Of a stretch of 64,000 nt of DNA, positions 25,901-37,900 are shown piece by piece. A program made the translations under genes and the position numbers. Each line of letters starts with the position of its first letter. Position 1 is the stretch's first letter. Source of the stretch: Callorhinchus milii (lineage: Eukaryota); assembly GCF_018977255.1 (NCBI RefSeq), contig NW_024704742.1, positions 48,982,001-49,046,000 of the forward strand, given 5' to 3'. The notes beneath the pieces were generated by a model, which saw nothing but the letters and a program-made list of their open reading frames with translations, did no database searches and was not told the origin of the DNA.

Positions 25901-28900
25901 GCGGAGGACTCGGGGGACAAGGAGGAGGCCAGACCCGGAGGAACGAAGGCAAAGGGTGCTGTTTTGAGGAGAGAGGAGGTCAGAGAGGTAGGGGGGTGCA
26001 GAGGAATGCAGGACTTGAATACGAAGGTGAGGATCTTGAAGTCGATCCTCTCTGGGATAGGCAGCCAGTGCAGTCTGGCAAGGACTGGGGTGATCGGGGA
26101 GCGGAGTTTGGTGCGGGTGAGAATGCGGGCGGCCGAGTTCTGAACGATTTGGATTTTATGGATGGTAGTGGATGGGAGACCGGCGAGGAGTGTGTTAGAA
26201 TAGTCCAGCCGAGAGGTGACAAAAGCATGGACCAGAGTTTCAGCGGCTTTTGGCGAGAGGTATTGGCGGATACGGGCGATGCGACAGAGGTGGAAAAAGG
26301 CGTTGTTGGTAAGGGACCGGATGTGGGGGAGGAAGAATAATTGGGGGTCGAACCTGACGTCTAGGTTGCGTACGGGTTCGGAGAGTTTTAAGGGAAGGTC
26401 GGGTAGGTAGAGGAGGTGAGAACCATGAGATTTTAGACATTGACGAGAGCCGAAGTGTATGGCTTCCATCTTGTCAATGTTCAGCTGAAGGAAGTTTGCG
26501 CTCATCCAGACCCTGAGGTCTGACAGGCAGTCTGACAGAACATCAGGGGACTCGGGGTCGCAAAGAGAGGTGGAAAAGTAGAATTGTGTGTCATCTGCAT
26601 ATATGTGGAAATAAATTTACCCCATGTCTGCGGATGACATCCCCAAAAGGGAGCATATAGATCAGAAAGAGAAGGGGGCCAAGGATGGAACCTTGGGCTA
26701 CCCCGCAGGTAACCAGGTGAGAGCGGGAGGAAAAGCCGTGTGTCCAGATGTACTGCTGGCGGTTTGTGAGGTAGGATTCGAATCAGGCGAGTGCGGTCCC
26801 ATCGAGGTGGATGATGGAGGAAACGCAGTGGAGAAGAATGGCGTGATCGACTGTGTCGAACACGGCAGAGAGGTCCAGGAGGACAAGGAGGCAGAGGGAG
26901 CCCTGGTCACAGATGGACAGGATGTCGTTTGTGACTTTCACAAGCGCAGTCTCTGTACTGCGGGCAGGGCGGAAACCGGTCTGGAGGGGTTTGAAGAGGG
27001 AGTGGGAGGAGAGGTGTGCGTGGAGTTGGTTGGCCACAACCCGTTATAGAGCTTTTGAGAGGAAGTGCAGGTTAGAAGTGGGGCGGTAATGACTGGGGTT
27101 TGAGGGATCTAGGGAGGGTTTTTTTAGGAAGGGGGTGATGAGAGCAGTTTTGAGGGGGGCAGGGACTGATGTGGAGGAGAGGGACTGGTTGATGATGTCA
27201 GCCAGTAGTGGGCATAGGAGGGGGAGCTGGGTGACCAGTGTGTGTTTCATGGAGGTGATGGGTGAGAGGGAGGAGGGAGAGATGGTGAGGAAAGAGTGTA
27301 GAAAGGGGGTGGTGGTAGGAGCAGATGATGAGGAGGGTGAGGGGGACAGAGAGGGCGTGGTGGTGGGTGACAAGGGGCAGGTGGATGAGGCTGCCTGCGG
27401 ATTTTAAGTATTTTAGCAGAAAAGAAGTCCATGACCTCTTCGCACTTGGCATTTGATGTGAAGATTAAGGAGGCCTGAGGGGGGGCACGGAGGAGGTAGT
27501 GGGTGGTGGAAAAAAGGATTTGGGGATTGTTTTTGGCCTCCAAGATGATGTTGGAGTAAAAGGCCGTCTTTGCGCGTGTCAAAGAACGGCGGTAGCTGTG
27601 GAGATGCTCGGGCCACAGTTGGCGGTGACCTGTCAGGCCAGTTTTCCGCCATCTGCGCTCGAGCAGACGGGTTTGGGTTTTTTGGCGGCGGAGATGGTTG
27701 TTGTACCAGAGGGATCGGGTGGGTTTGGAGATGGTCCTGGATTTCAGGGGGACGAGGGAGTTGAAAGTGGAGTAGAGATGATCATGGAGCAGCTGGAGCG
27801 GCTGCTTCAGGATCTCTGCGGGTGGAAGGCCGGACGGATAGGATGTTTGATGATGAGAGGGCCTTATGAGGGTCTCGGGGTATCCTTTTCCAAGGGTGGT
27901 AGAGGATGGTTGAGGGCTTGGTGGAGGAGAGAGGGATGTGAGAGGAGAAGGAGATGAAAAAACGGTCCGAGATTGTCTTGTCTACTATGCTAAGGTCGGA
28001 AATGTCAAGACCGTGGGTGATGATGAGGTCAAGTGCATGACCATGGTTGTGGGTAGGTGAGTTTATATGTAGTGTAAGGTTAAGGGAGGAGAGGACGGCA
28101 GTGAAATCAGCAGAAGTGGTGCAGGGGGCGTTTAGGTGGAGGTTGAAATAGCCCATTATGAGCAGGCGCTCGGAGCAGAGGGACAAGGAAGAGAGGAGAA
28201 TGGAGATGTCTGTGTGGAAGGAGCCGGGGGGCTTACGGGGGCGGTAAATGAGGATTTTCAAAGGGAGAGAGGGGTGGAAAAGTGTGAGGTACTCAAAAGA
28301 GGGGAAGCAGTCAGAGGAGTAGGGGGTGAGGCCAAGAGAGACTTTGGAGATGAGGGCCACCCCGTCGCCACGTTGGTTTGGATGGGGGTTGTGGTGGAAG
28401 GTGTAGCCTGGAGGGGAGGCTTTCACTAGTGGGAGAGGGTCATTGGGGTAGAGACAGGTTTCAGTGAGCCCAAGGATGTCAAGGTGCTCGTCCAGGATGA
28501 GGTCATGGATGGTGAGGGCTTTGTTTGAGAGGGAACGGACATTTTCAAAGGAAATGCGGGTGGGTTTGCTGGAGGTGGGGGAGGGAGGAGAGAGTGATGC
28601 GGAGAGGATTTTGGGGTGTACAGGAGAGATGGTTGTGGAGACTGAGAACATGTAAGGGAGGGGGAAGTTGGATTTGTCTTAAAGAGGCGGTTTGAGCGGA
28701 GGGAATGAATGTTTGGACACATGGGGTTGTTGCTCTGGGACAGCCAGTGCTGGGAACCACAATGGGCCCAGCGGAGGATGCCCAGGCTGGAGCAGAGGGA
28801 AGTGGTGATGGGGTCGAGAAGAGAGAGAAGGCGGGGAGGACGGTGTGAGAGAAGGACAGAGGGGGAGTAGCGGATAGGGGGGGGTGGGAGGAGAGACGTA

Positions 28901-31900
28901 GAGGGGCGTGGGAGGAGAGACGTAGAGGGGGAGGCTCGGGTCGGGGCGGCAGCCAAAATGTGCACGCAGAGACCGGGAGCGAGCGATCAGTACGACGGCA
29001 TCAGCCCTCAGGCTTAGCCTCCCAAGTCATGGCTGGGATGGCAGCGCCAGGGGCCGGAACATTGTTGCTGTTGTTGTTGCTGGGTTTAAAACATTTATAT
29101 TTTTTATTTTTCCTTATTTCGTTTTTATTAACTGTGACGTCACGCCGACGTCACTTTGTGAATCACTTACCACCCCCCCCCTCCCCCCCACTCTCCTACC
29201 TCCACTCCCAACTGAGCTGGGGTCAGGGCGGGAGAAGGGAAGACTAAACATGAAAACACATATTAGATTGTTGCAAAAGAAAATTATTTCTTCTTTAACA
29301 AAAGCTGGACGGCCCATTTGGGGTGGCGATGATATACCAGCGCAGGCCCGAGGGCCTGGAGATCCGCCAAAAAACAGACACTCAGGACCAGTGATCTGAC
29401 TGCAGGGCTACAGGAACTCACCATCTCCTGCCTCTCAAGGCCCAGCACCACACAGAGACCCAGAGAGAGAGACACACGCACACTCAGACACACAGAGAGG
29501 GACACACACTCACAGACAGAGTTACTGATCCTAGAGGCATAAGGGAATCCATTCATTTTCTTGTATTGATTTTGATAAGTTTAAATTTTTTTGAAAAAAT
29601 TAAATAGTTGAAGTGGTCATTCTCTGCAGTGATCCTCCTGACGTGAAAGGTGCTCTATAAATGTAATTTTGTGTTATTGTGGTCGTTATTCCATTGAAAG
29701 TTTTGGAACTGCATCAACCAGTGCCAGGTACCAAATGTTATTTACCATTGATTGGCACAGTCCACAATGTCAACACATGCTAGATCTAAGGCTATCTAAG
29801 GCTAAGTGCAGAAGAACCTAATTATCAGAGCTTACCAAGAAAGATTCTTTAGGTGTCCATCTTCTGAAGCTGCACAAGGTTTCATGTGGCATAATGTTTG
29901 AAGTTCCTGATCTGCACCTACCAGGACCAGCTGTATAGGCCCGAGGCAATCCTTCAACAACAGATTCATGTTGCATCCAAGCAAAGTGCATGGCAACAAG
30001 TGAATGCCCATCGATTATGGTACTGATCCCATGTGAGCCATGCCACTCGACACTGGCAGGACTCACTAGATCCATTATCACTGCCCAAGGTAGAAGGCAT
30101 CAAAGTACTCTTCTTATCGATGCCATGCAAAGACTCACATCATTTTTAAACATGGGAGTTGACTGGTTTCATATCCTGTGGGACAAATCGTCTTGCTTCC
30201 AGAGAGGTTTCATAACTTTCATGCTCTGATATTCCCCTTCATGTGATGGCAAGAGCTAACTGTGTAATTCCAAATAAAATGATTTTCATGAGATATCAAA
30301 TCAAACTTTCTCTCATTTGTTTCTAAACTAATCTCTGTTGAACCAGTTTATACAGATTGCTGGGGCTTCGGCTTTGAATATGAAGTGATAGTCTCAGGAA
30401 AGAATCAGAAGTAGAAATAAGACCAGATTTATCCAGTTGCTTCTTTTGAACATCTATGGGGGAAAGTTGTCTTGCGCCAAGTAATTCCTAGTTTTTCACA
30501 AGCTAATCTTTCCACTTGCTCTAACTATGGTGGAAAAAACAATAAAACTCCCATAAGTCTGATTTGTATAAATCGTATAATCGCCTGAATCATACATACC
30601 CCAAGTCCCATTCAAGCGTTTATATTCTGTACAAGTTTGACATAACTCATGCTTTGCAGAACTCACATTAAATGCATGGTCCCAACTGATACAACTTATA
30701 TGAGGTTTACTGTATAGATTTTTACATTGTTCAGATACAATTTTTTTCACTTCAATGTTTTTCAGTTAAAGCTATTCTGAAGAAAAGAGATTATGGATCC
30801 AAATACACTCAAAACAACTTCATCACTGGTGTGCGAGCACTGAATGAATTCTGTCTAAAGCCCAGGTATTTAACAGTATTAGCAATAGTTAATGCAGTAT
30901 TCATTTTTATTGATGCACTGATGATTTTGAATTAACATTAGCATATCTAGATAATCCAAAGATAGTGACAAGTTAATGATTTTTACTTGTAAATTCATGT
31001 CCTTAGGTTTCTTTGAATGATGGAAACATTTTAAAATTACAAGCTTAAGAACATGGTGAATGAAAGACCATTTATAAATCTTGTAATTGAAATGACTGAT
31101 CTAATTAGTGAGAGTTGCAAATAAGCACTTTGTGATAAGAGTAAATTCAGAGGGAGCATGGCTGAGTCCATGTCTATTGTGGATTTTTTTTATTTTCCTC
31201 TTTCTGTCCTCCCCATCAATTTCCTCCCCACTCCTCCTCTGCAGTCCTTTGGGGAGTTGTTCCAGTAAATGCCTCCTTAGCAGAGTATAATTGATGTTTG
31301 GAAATGTTTAACAGACAAATGTTTCTAATCATTCTATGTATCACATGGTGAATTTCCAACATACTGCACCATTATGTGCCTTTAATAATTCTCAATAAAT
31401 ATTGATTTGATGTTTCTTTGCTTTGCCTAATCAAACATGAGATATCAAAAATAAAAAAATAAAAAATCTTGCTTCCAGCCCCCAGCTCGGGTGCAAACCC
31501 TTGACTGTGCAGCTCCTTGGGACGTCCTTCCAATGTGGAAGCTGTTATATACACGTAATTTGTTGTTGCCTACAGTGACTTGGAGCAATTGAGAAGGATT
31601 CGGCGACGAAGTCCACATGATGATACCGAGGCATTCACTGTATACCTCAGATCTGATGTAGAAACCAAGTGAGTAGAGATGAGTATCTTTTCATCTTGAC
31701 AAACAATATTCAAACATTAATTGCTTAAACCTCCCCTGGCTCATTAGATAAAGGCAACACTAAATTTACTGCAAAGTTAAACAGATTCAAATCCTCATCT
31801 TTTCAGTGAACTGATCCCAGCCAGGGCAGCAATTGAAGTTTTACAATTGTCTTTAGTGCCATCTGAACTGCAGACAGATGCCAGTTTACTGTCTCATTAG

Positions 31901-34900
31901 AAAGATGGCACCTCTCACAATGCAGCCCTCCCCCAGCACTGCAATGGATTGTCTTAAACTATGAGCTCAAAGTCCTTACATAGGACTTGAATCTGCAATC
32001 TGTTTCAAGAGGCGAGAGTGCTACCAAGTGAACTAGCTGACACTTATTGCATCAAACATTAAGGAAAAGTTGGCAAGTGTCTTTCTAGCCTGTTCAGTTC
32101 AGTGCAATAGATTGTATGTTTGCAAGCAAGTGAAAACTGGTTATCCAAACATATTATTCCTTGTCAATAAAAATAAACATTATTAAGCAAACAACTAAAT
32201 ACCATAAGTACTGGGAAAAATGTCTGTTTGTTATCTTTAAGATGGATAAACATTTGATTAAAAAGTTGAATAGAAGAAGGGACCAGGGGAAGAGCAGTTA
32301 ATTGTGCTTATAGTCATGAGCTGGCTTCAATTTTGACTAAAACAGTTTGAATGTTCTGATTATCGAGCTTTATAGCAAGCATTCTACTGACCACCACATT
32401 TCATCAAAAGCCATGTTTGTTGAAAGGTGAATTTTTGCTCCGCCACTGTCAAGTACTCTGGGACGCTACCCTGTGTGAGTGTGCTATATAAATGCAAGCT
32501 CTTGTTGTTGATTTCTAAAGGGACAACGTGACTGAAGCCCTCCTGATTGGCTCCCATCAGCGCCTCCACACCTTGGGCGCTGACAGCATCACCATCCAAG
32601 GACGCACACTCCACCTCACTAAGCAATCCGGAACCTTGGCGTCTTGTTTGACCCTCAATTATCCTTTCTACCCCACATCTATGCTCTACCTTTCCCAACC
32701 TCCACAACATTGCCCGGCTCCGCTACTGTCTCACACCGCAGGCCACTGAAACCCTCATACACACATTCATAACATTCAAGGCTTGACTATACAAACTCCC
32801 TGCTTGTCGGCCTCCTCAACACCTCTCTCCATAGGCTGCAGATCATCCAGAACTTTGCAGCCCGTGTCCTCTCCTGCACCAGGCTCCGTGACCCTATTAT
32901 CCCCATCCTCGTCTGACTCCACTGGCTTCCCATCACACAGAGGATACAGTTCAAAATCCTGGTCCTCACCTTCAAAGCCTTCCATGGTCTTTCTCCCCCC
33001 TACCTCTGCAACCTCCTAACCCCTACCAACCTGCCTGCTCCATCCGCTCAGCGGGCTCCGGCCTACTTCACGTCCCCTGCCTCGTCCGCCCCACCATTGG
33101 CAGGCAGGCCTTCTGCCTCTCTGCCCCTACCCTCTAGAACTCCACCCCGCAGTCCCTCCACCTCACCCCCTTCCTTACCTCTTTGAAGACCCTTCTCTTC
33201 GACCGTGCTTTCGATCACCCTCCTTCCCCCGCCTTCCTGCCACTTCCCCAATCCCAAGCCCCAGCTCGGGTCCGAAACACTGACTGTCCAACGCCTTGGG
33301 ACGTCCTCCCGACATGAAAGGCACTTTACAAATGTAATGTTGTTGTTATTTATGAAAATATTGGCATTGTAGCATTAAGTATATCTGTAGTTTTAAACCT
33401 TGTTAATCTTTATTTAAGGGCCCTTGAAGTACATGGTACCACAGAAGCTCTTACAAGGGCAAAGAAGCACCGTAAGGAGGCAGAAATTGCATATAAAGAA
33501 AGTACGTATGTGTAATAAATATTCTGTACTATTTAAAACATGGATTCTAAAATCTTTTCATAAGGGTCAGTCATTTGAATTTGGACTGGTTATTAATAAT
33601 TTGATTGAGATGCATCGTTTGGTAATTCATGCTTGATATAGTGCCTTATCACGTCGTCAAGACATCTCAAAGTGCTTCACAATTTTACTGTGAAGTCCAA
33701 TGACTGTATTTTATATGAAGTGCAGTGACTGCAAATGCGGTAGCCAATTTGGGGGGATTGTTAGTCAGGACACCAGGACACCTCCCTTCTCTTTTCGATT
33801 TGTGCCATTGGAAATTTAATATCCATCTGAATAGGCCAATAGGGCCTTGGTTTAATGTCTCATTTGAAAGATGGCATCTCCAATAATACAGCACACCCCC
33901 AGCACTGCATTGGAGTAAAGCTGCATGATTGGTGACAAGTTGCAGTACTTTTGACAGCCATTTGTTGATGAAAGTCCAATATGAATGTGGTTTCAGATTT
34001 CATTGTAGCTGATCTCACAAATCTGCTGGGTGGTTCATATTCTCTGTTTGGAGAATTTAGATTTTCTTTTTAAGTCTGGTTGGTGTATATAGCACTGCAC
34101 TTGCTATATAACACGGTCACTTAAAGGACTGAGCGCAAAACAGATTCCCGACTGATGGTAATGTGAACGGTAAGTGGTTTTCTTCCTGATAGTGTAAATG
34201 CAGCATTACTGACAGTACAGATTGTGGTTGATCAGCAAACTTCACAACATGGTAGCTACATTGATTTTTTTTCCAGAAAGAGACAAAACTTCCTATTTGT
34301 AAAATACTTTCCTTTGTAATATGAAAGAAAATGTTAAAGTAAAAGCAACTATCTTATGTTTATTACTACAGTGTCAGTTTTAAGAAATAGCAACAAGCAT
34401 ATATTTTTGATATAAGTATAACATGTTTCTGATGATTTGTATCATACTAACTCTGTCCTCGGTCCCCTCCTCTTCACCCTCTACATGCTCCCCCTTGGTG
34501 ACATCATCCGCAGACATGGGGTTAACTTCCATACGTATGCGGATGACACCCAACTCTACCTTTCCTCCTCTACCCTCAACTCCACGACCACCGATGTCCT
34601 GACAGCTGCCTGTCCGACATCGAGTCCTGGACGAGAGACAACTTTCTTCAGCTCAATGTGAGCAAAACTGAGGCCCTCCTGATTGGCTCACGTCAGCGCC
34701 TCCGCACCTCAGGCGCTGACAGCATCAGCATCCAAGGCTGCACTCTCCACCTCTCAAAGCCGTCAGGAACCTCGGGGTTCTGTTCGACCCTGAGCTGTCC
34801 TTTCTCCCTCATATCCGCGCCACAACTGGCACCGCCTTCCATCACCTCTGGAATGTCGCCAGACTACGGCACTACCTCACCCCTCACGCTGCTGAAACTC

Positions 34901-37900
34901 TGGTCCACGCCTTTATCACCTCAAGGCTGGACTATGGGAACTCTCTCCTCGCCGGCCTTCCCGGCACCTCCCTTCACAAGCTGCAGGTCATTCAGAACTC
35001 TGCAGCTCGTGTACTGTCCCGCACCAGGCTTCGGGACCACATCACTCCCACCCTCGCTCGCCTCCACTGGCTCCCCATCCCCCAGAGGATCGAATTCAAG
35101 ATCCTCATCCTCACCTACAAGGCCATTCACGGCCTCGCTCCCTCCTACCTCTCCGACCTACTATCCCCCTACCTACCTGCCCGTACCCTCCGTTCCTCTG
35201 GCTCCGGTCTGCTCCACATCCCCCGCCCCAACCGCCCTACCATCGGTGGCCGGGCCTTCAGCCTCTCAGCCCCGAGGCTCTGGAACTCTATCCCCCAGTG
35301 CCTTCGCCGCTTCATCCCTTTCCTCCTTCAAGGCCGGTCTCAAGACCTTTCTCTTTGACTGTGCCTTCAGCTCCCCTCTCGACTCTCTACCCCCTCCTCG
35401 CTCCCTCCCTTCCCTCCCCTCACCCTGACCATTTCCCCCCTACTCGGGTCCTGACCCAACTGTACAGTGCCTTGGGACGTCCTCCCGACGTGAAAGGCGC
35501 TCAATGAATGGAATCTTGTTGTTGTTGTAGCTGGGTTATTTTCTGCCCACCAGCTACAAAACAAATTTTTCTCTTACCAAATGCAGTGTGTTTTTTTAAC
35601 ATAACATAGGAGTGATTTCAAGGTAGTAATCTTATCTCTGGGTTCAGATGACTGATAAAAACTGTTCAAATTTTCTTTGTGCTTCTGATACCACTGAACC
35701 CTTTGATAAGATTAGTACCTTGTGATCTCTATAGTACATCAATTAAAAAAAACATATAAATGTGCTCTGCTTCTGAAAAACCCACGACAGAATTGCTAGG
35801 CATGATGCTGCTTGTATTTTCGTCTATGTTATTACAGGTATCCACTTTATTATCTTATTTACATTGTTTGCATAGTGTTCTATAAATAATGGCAAGTGTC
35901 TGGGAGTTAAAGGTTTTTTTTGGTGTCTGACACATGCAGAAACCCATCACCATACTTAAAAGTATCCAAACCAAACTGAGATTTCCATGCATCTCACCTA
36001 CACATGGAAATCCCAGGGATAGAGAGAGAGAGAGACATTCACACACACGCACTCAGAGACACAGAGAGAGACACATTCTCACAGAGAGAGACACACACAC
36101 TCATAGACATAGAGACACACGTTGTCACACACACACACACACACAGACAGACACACACACACTTATAGACACATATTCTCAGAGAGAGAGCGCGAGAGAG
36201 AGACACTCATAAACACACATTGTCACACACAAAGAGAGAGACACACAGTCATAGACATAAGAGAGATACACATTCTCAGAGAGAGAGACACACATGTACA
36301 TGTTCACACAGTGACACTCAGATACACTCACAAACATACATTCGGAGGATAGAGACATAGACACACTCACACAGAGACACTCACAAACAGACACACATAC
36401 AGAGGAGACACACTCACATAGACACTCACAAACACACACGCACATACAGAGGAGAGAGAGACACACACACACTCAAACACATATAGAGAGACATACTCAC
36501 ACAGACACTCACAGACACATAGAGAGACACACGCTCAGACACTCACAAAGAGACACTCACAAACACATAGAGAGACGCACAGACACTCACCAAACACAGA
36601 GAGACACACAGACACTCGCAAACACATAGAGAGATGCACACAGACACTCACAATCACACTACTTCCCAGACAATCACAACAGTGGGGCAGCCATACTTTT
36701 CAATTGATCCTGCTGATGAGCCAGGCCGGCTGTGCTGTCATCAGCAGTGCCCTGGAATACTGCGGACCCGCCTGGCTCAGGAACCAGACCACCGAGACCG
36801 GCACAGAGGACTGGATCGATTCCGACATTCCATTGCCGGGCATGTCACCTTGGAGCCAGTTCAGCTACAAGGAGACCTGCTTACCTTTCCTCCCCCCCTG
36901 AGGACACTCACTTCAACTAGCAAGAGAGTGGGAGTTTACTTCCTGTTCACAAATTAATTCATTTTTGACCACGGTATTAGAAATGTGGAATTTTGTCTCG
37001 TGTAGATTACTGGAAGGCCTGTTTTTGACTAATGTGTACACTTTTGTGCAATCTACCTACAACAGGTCATTATAACATTATAGAGTTTCAAACTCTTAGA
37101 TTATGAGGAGAGATTTCCAAAGCCAAACTTTTATTAATATAAAAAATGATTGAGAATAGATATAAATGTAGTCAGACTATTTAATGTAGACTGCGAAGAT
37201 AAAACTACAGACCGTATGTTTACAATTAAAAGGACTCGAGTGGGACTGGAAATCAGATTTTATTTTCCCTGGAGTGGCAGATATATCGGAGTCCTATAGC
37301 TCAGTGGTTAGAGCACTCGCTTTGCAAGCGAGAGACCTGAGTTCAATTCCAGGCAGAGGGCGAAACCTTGGGCAAGTTTCCTTACTCCATACGCCTAATA
37401 ATAATCCCTTCAAAAACCAAAAACAATAATTAATTGGTCATTTTCAATCTACGACTGTTTGTGGGACATTGCTGTGCGCAATTGGCTGCCGCGTTCGCCC
37501 ACAAATATACAGTCAATTCACTTTACAGTGTGTTCTGTGAAGAGCTTTGGGACGTCCTCCCGACGTGAAAAGTGCTATATCAAATGCAAGGATTATTATT
37601 ATTATTGAAGATTCACAACAAAAGCAGTTGCTGCAGACTCAATTAACTCCTGTAAAAATAAGTGGTTTACTACTTATTTGTGAACATTATTAGAAAATAA
37701 CAGAGAAATGCAAATTGGTTCACTGTTTCTGGAGGTGGGAGGTGGGATGGGAACAATATGTGTAGAGAGAAGTCGGCTTTGTTTAAATTACAGGGATGGT
37801 AAAAAAAACTTATTCGACTCTTTTGGGGTTTTCACATAGACGAAAAGTGTGTTAATCTCCACGAGGGAGTCGATTTTGCATTGACAGTCGAAGAATAAAG

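Noticed and set aside
29750..30240. Short ORFs in a unique-looking intronic segment
   Set aside because: No splice-compatible frame; probably a decayed LINE but not classifiable by eye.
36713..36750. CTGATGAG as hammerhead core (also ~52281, ~57937)
   Set aside because: No correctly placed stem II followed by GAAA and stem III.
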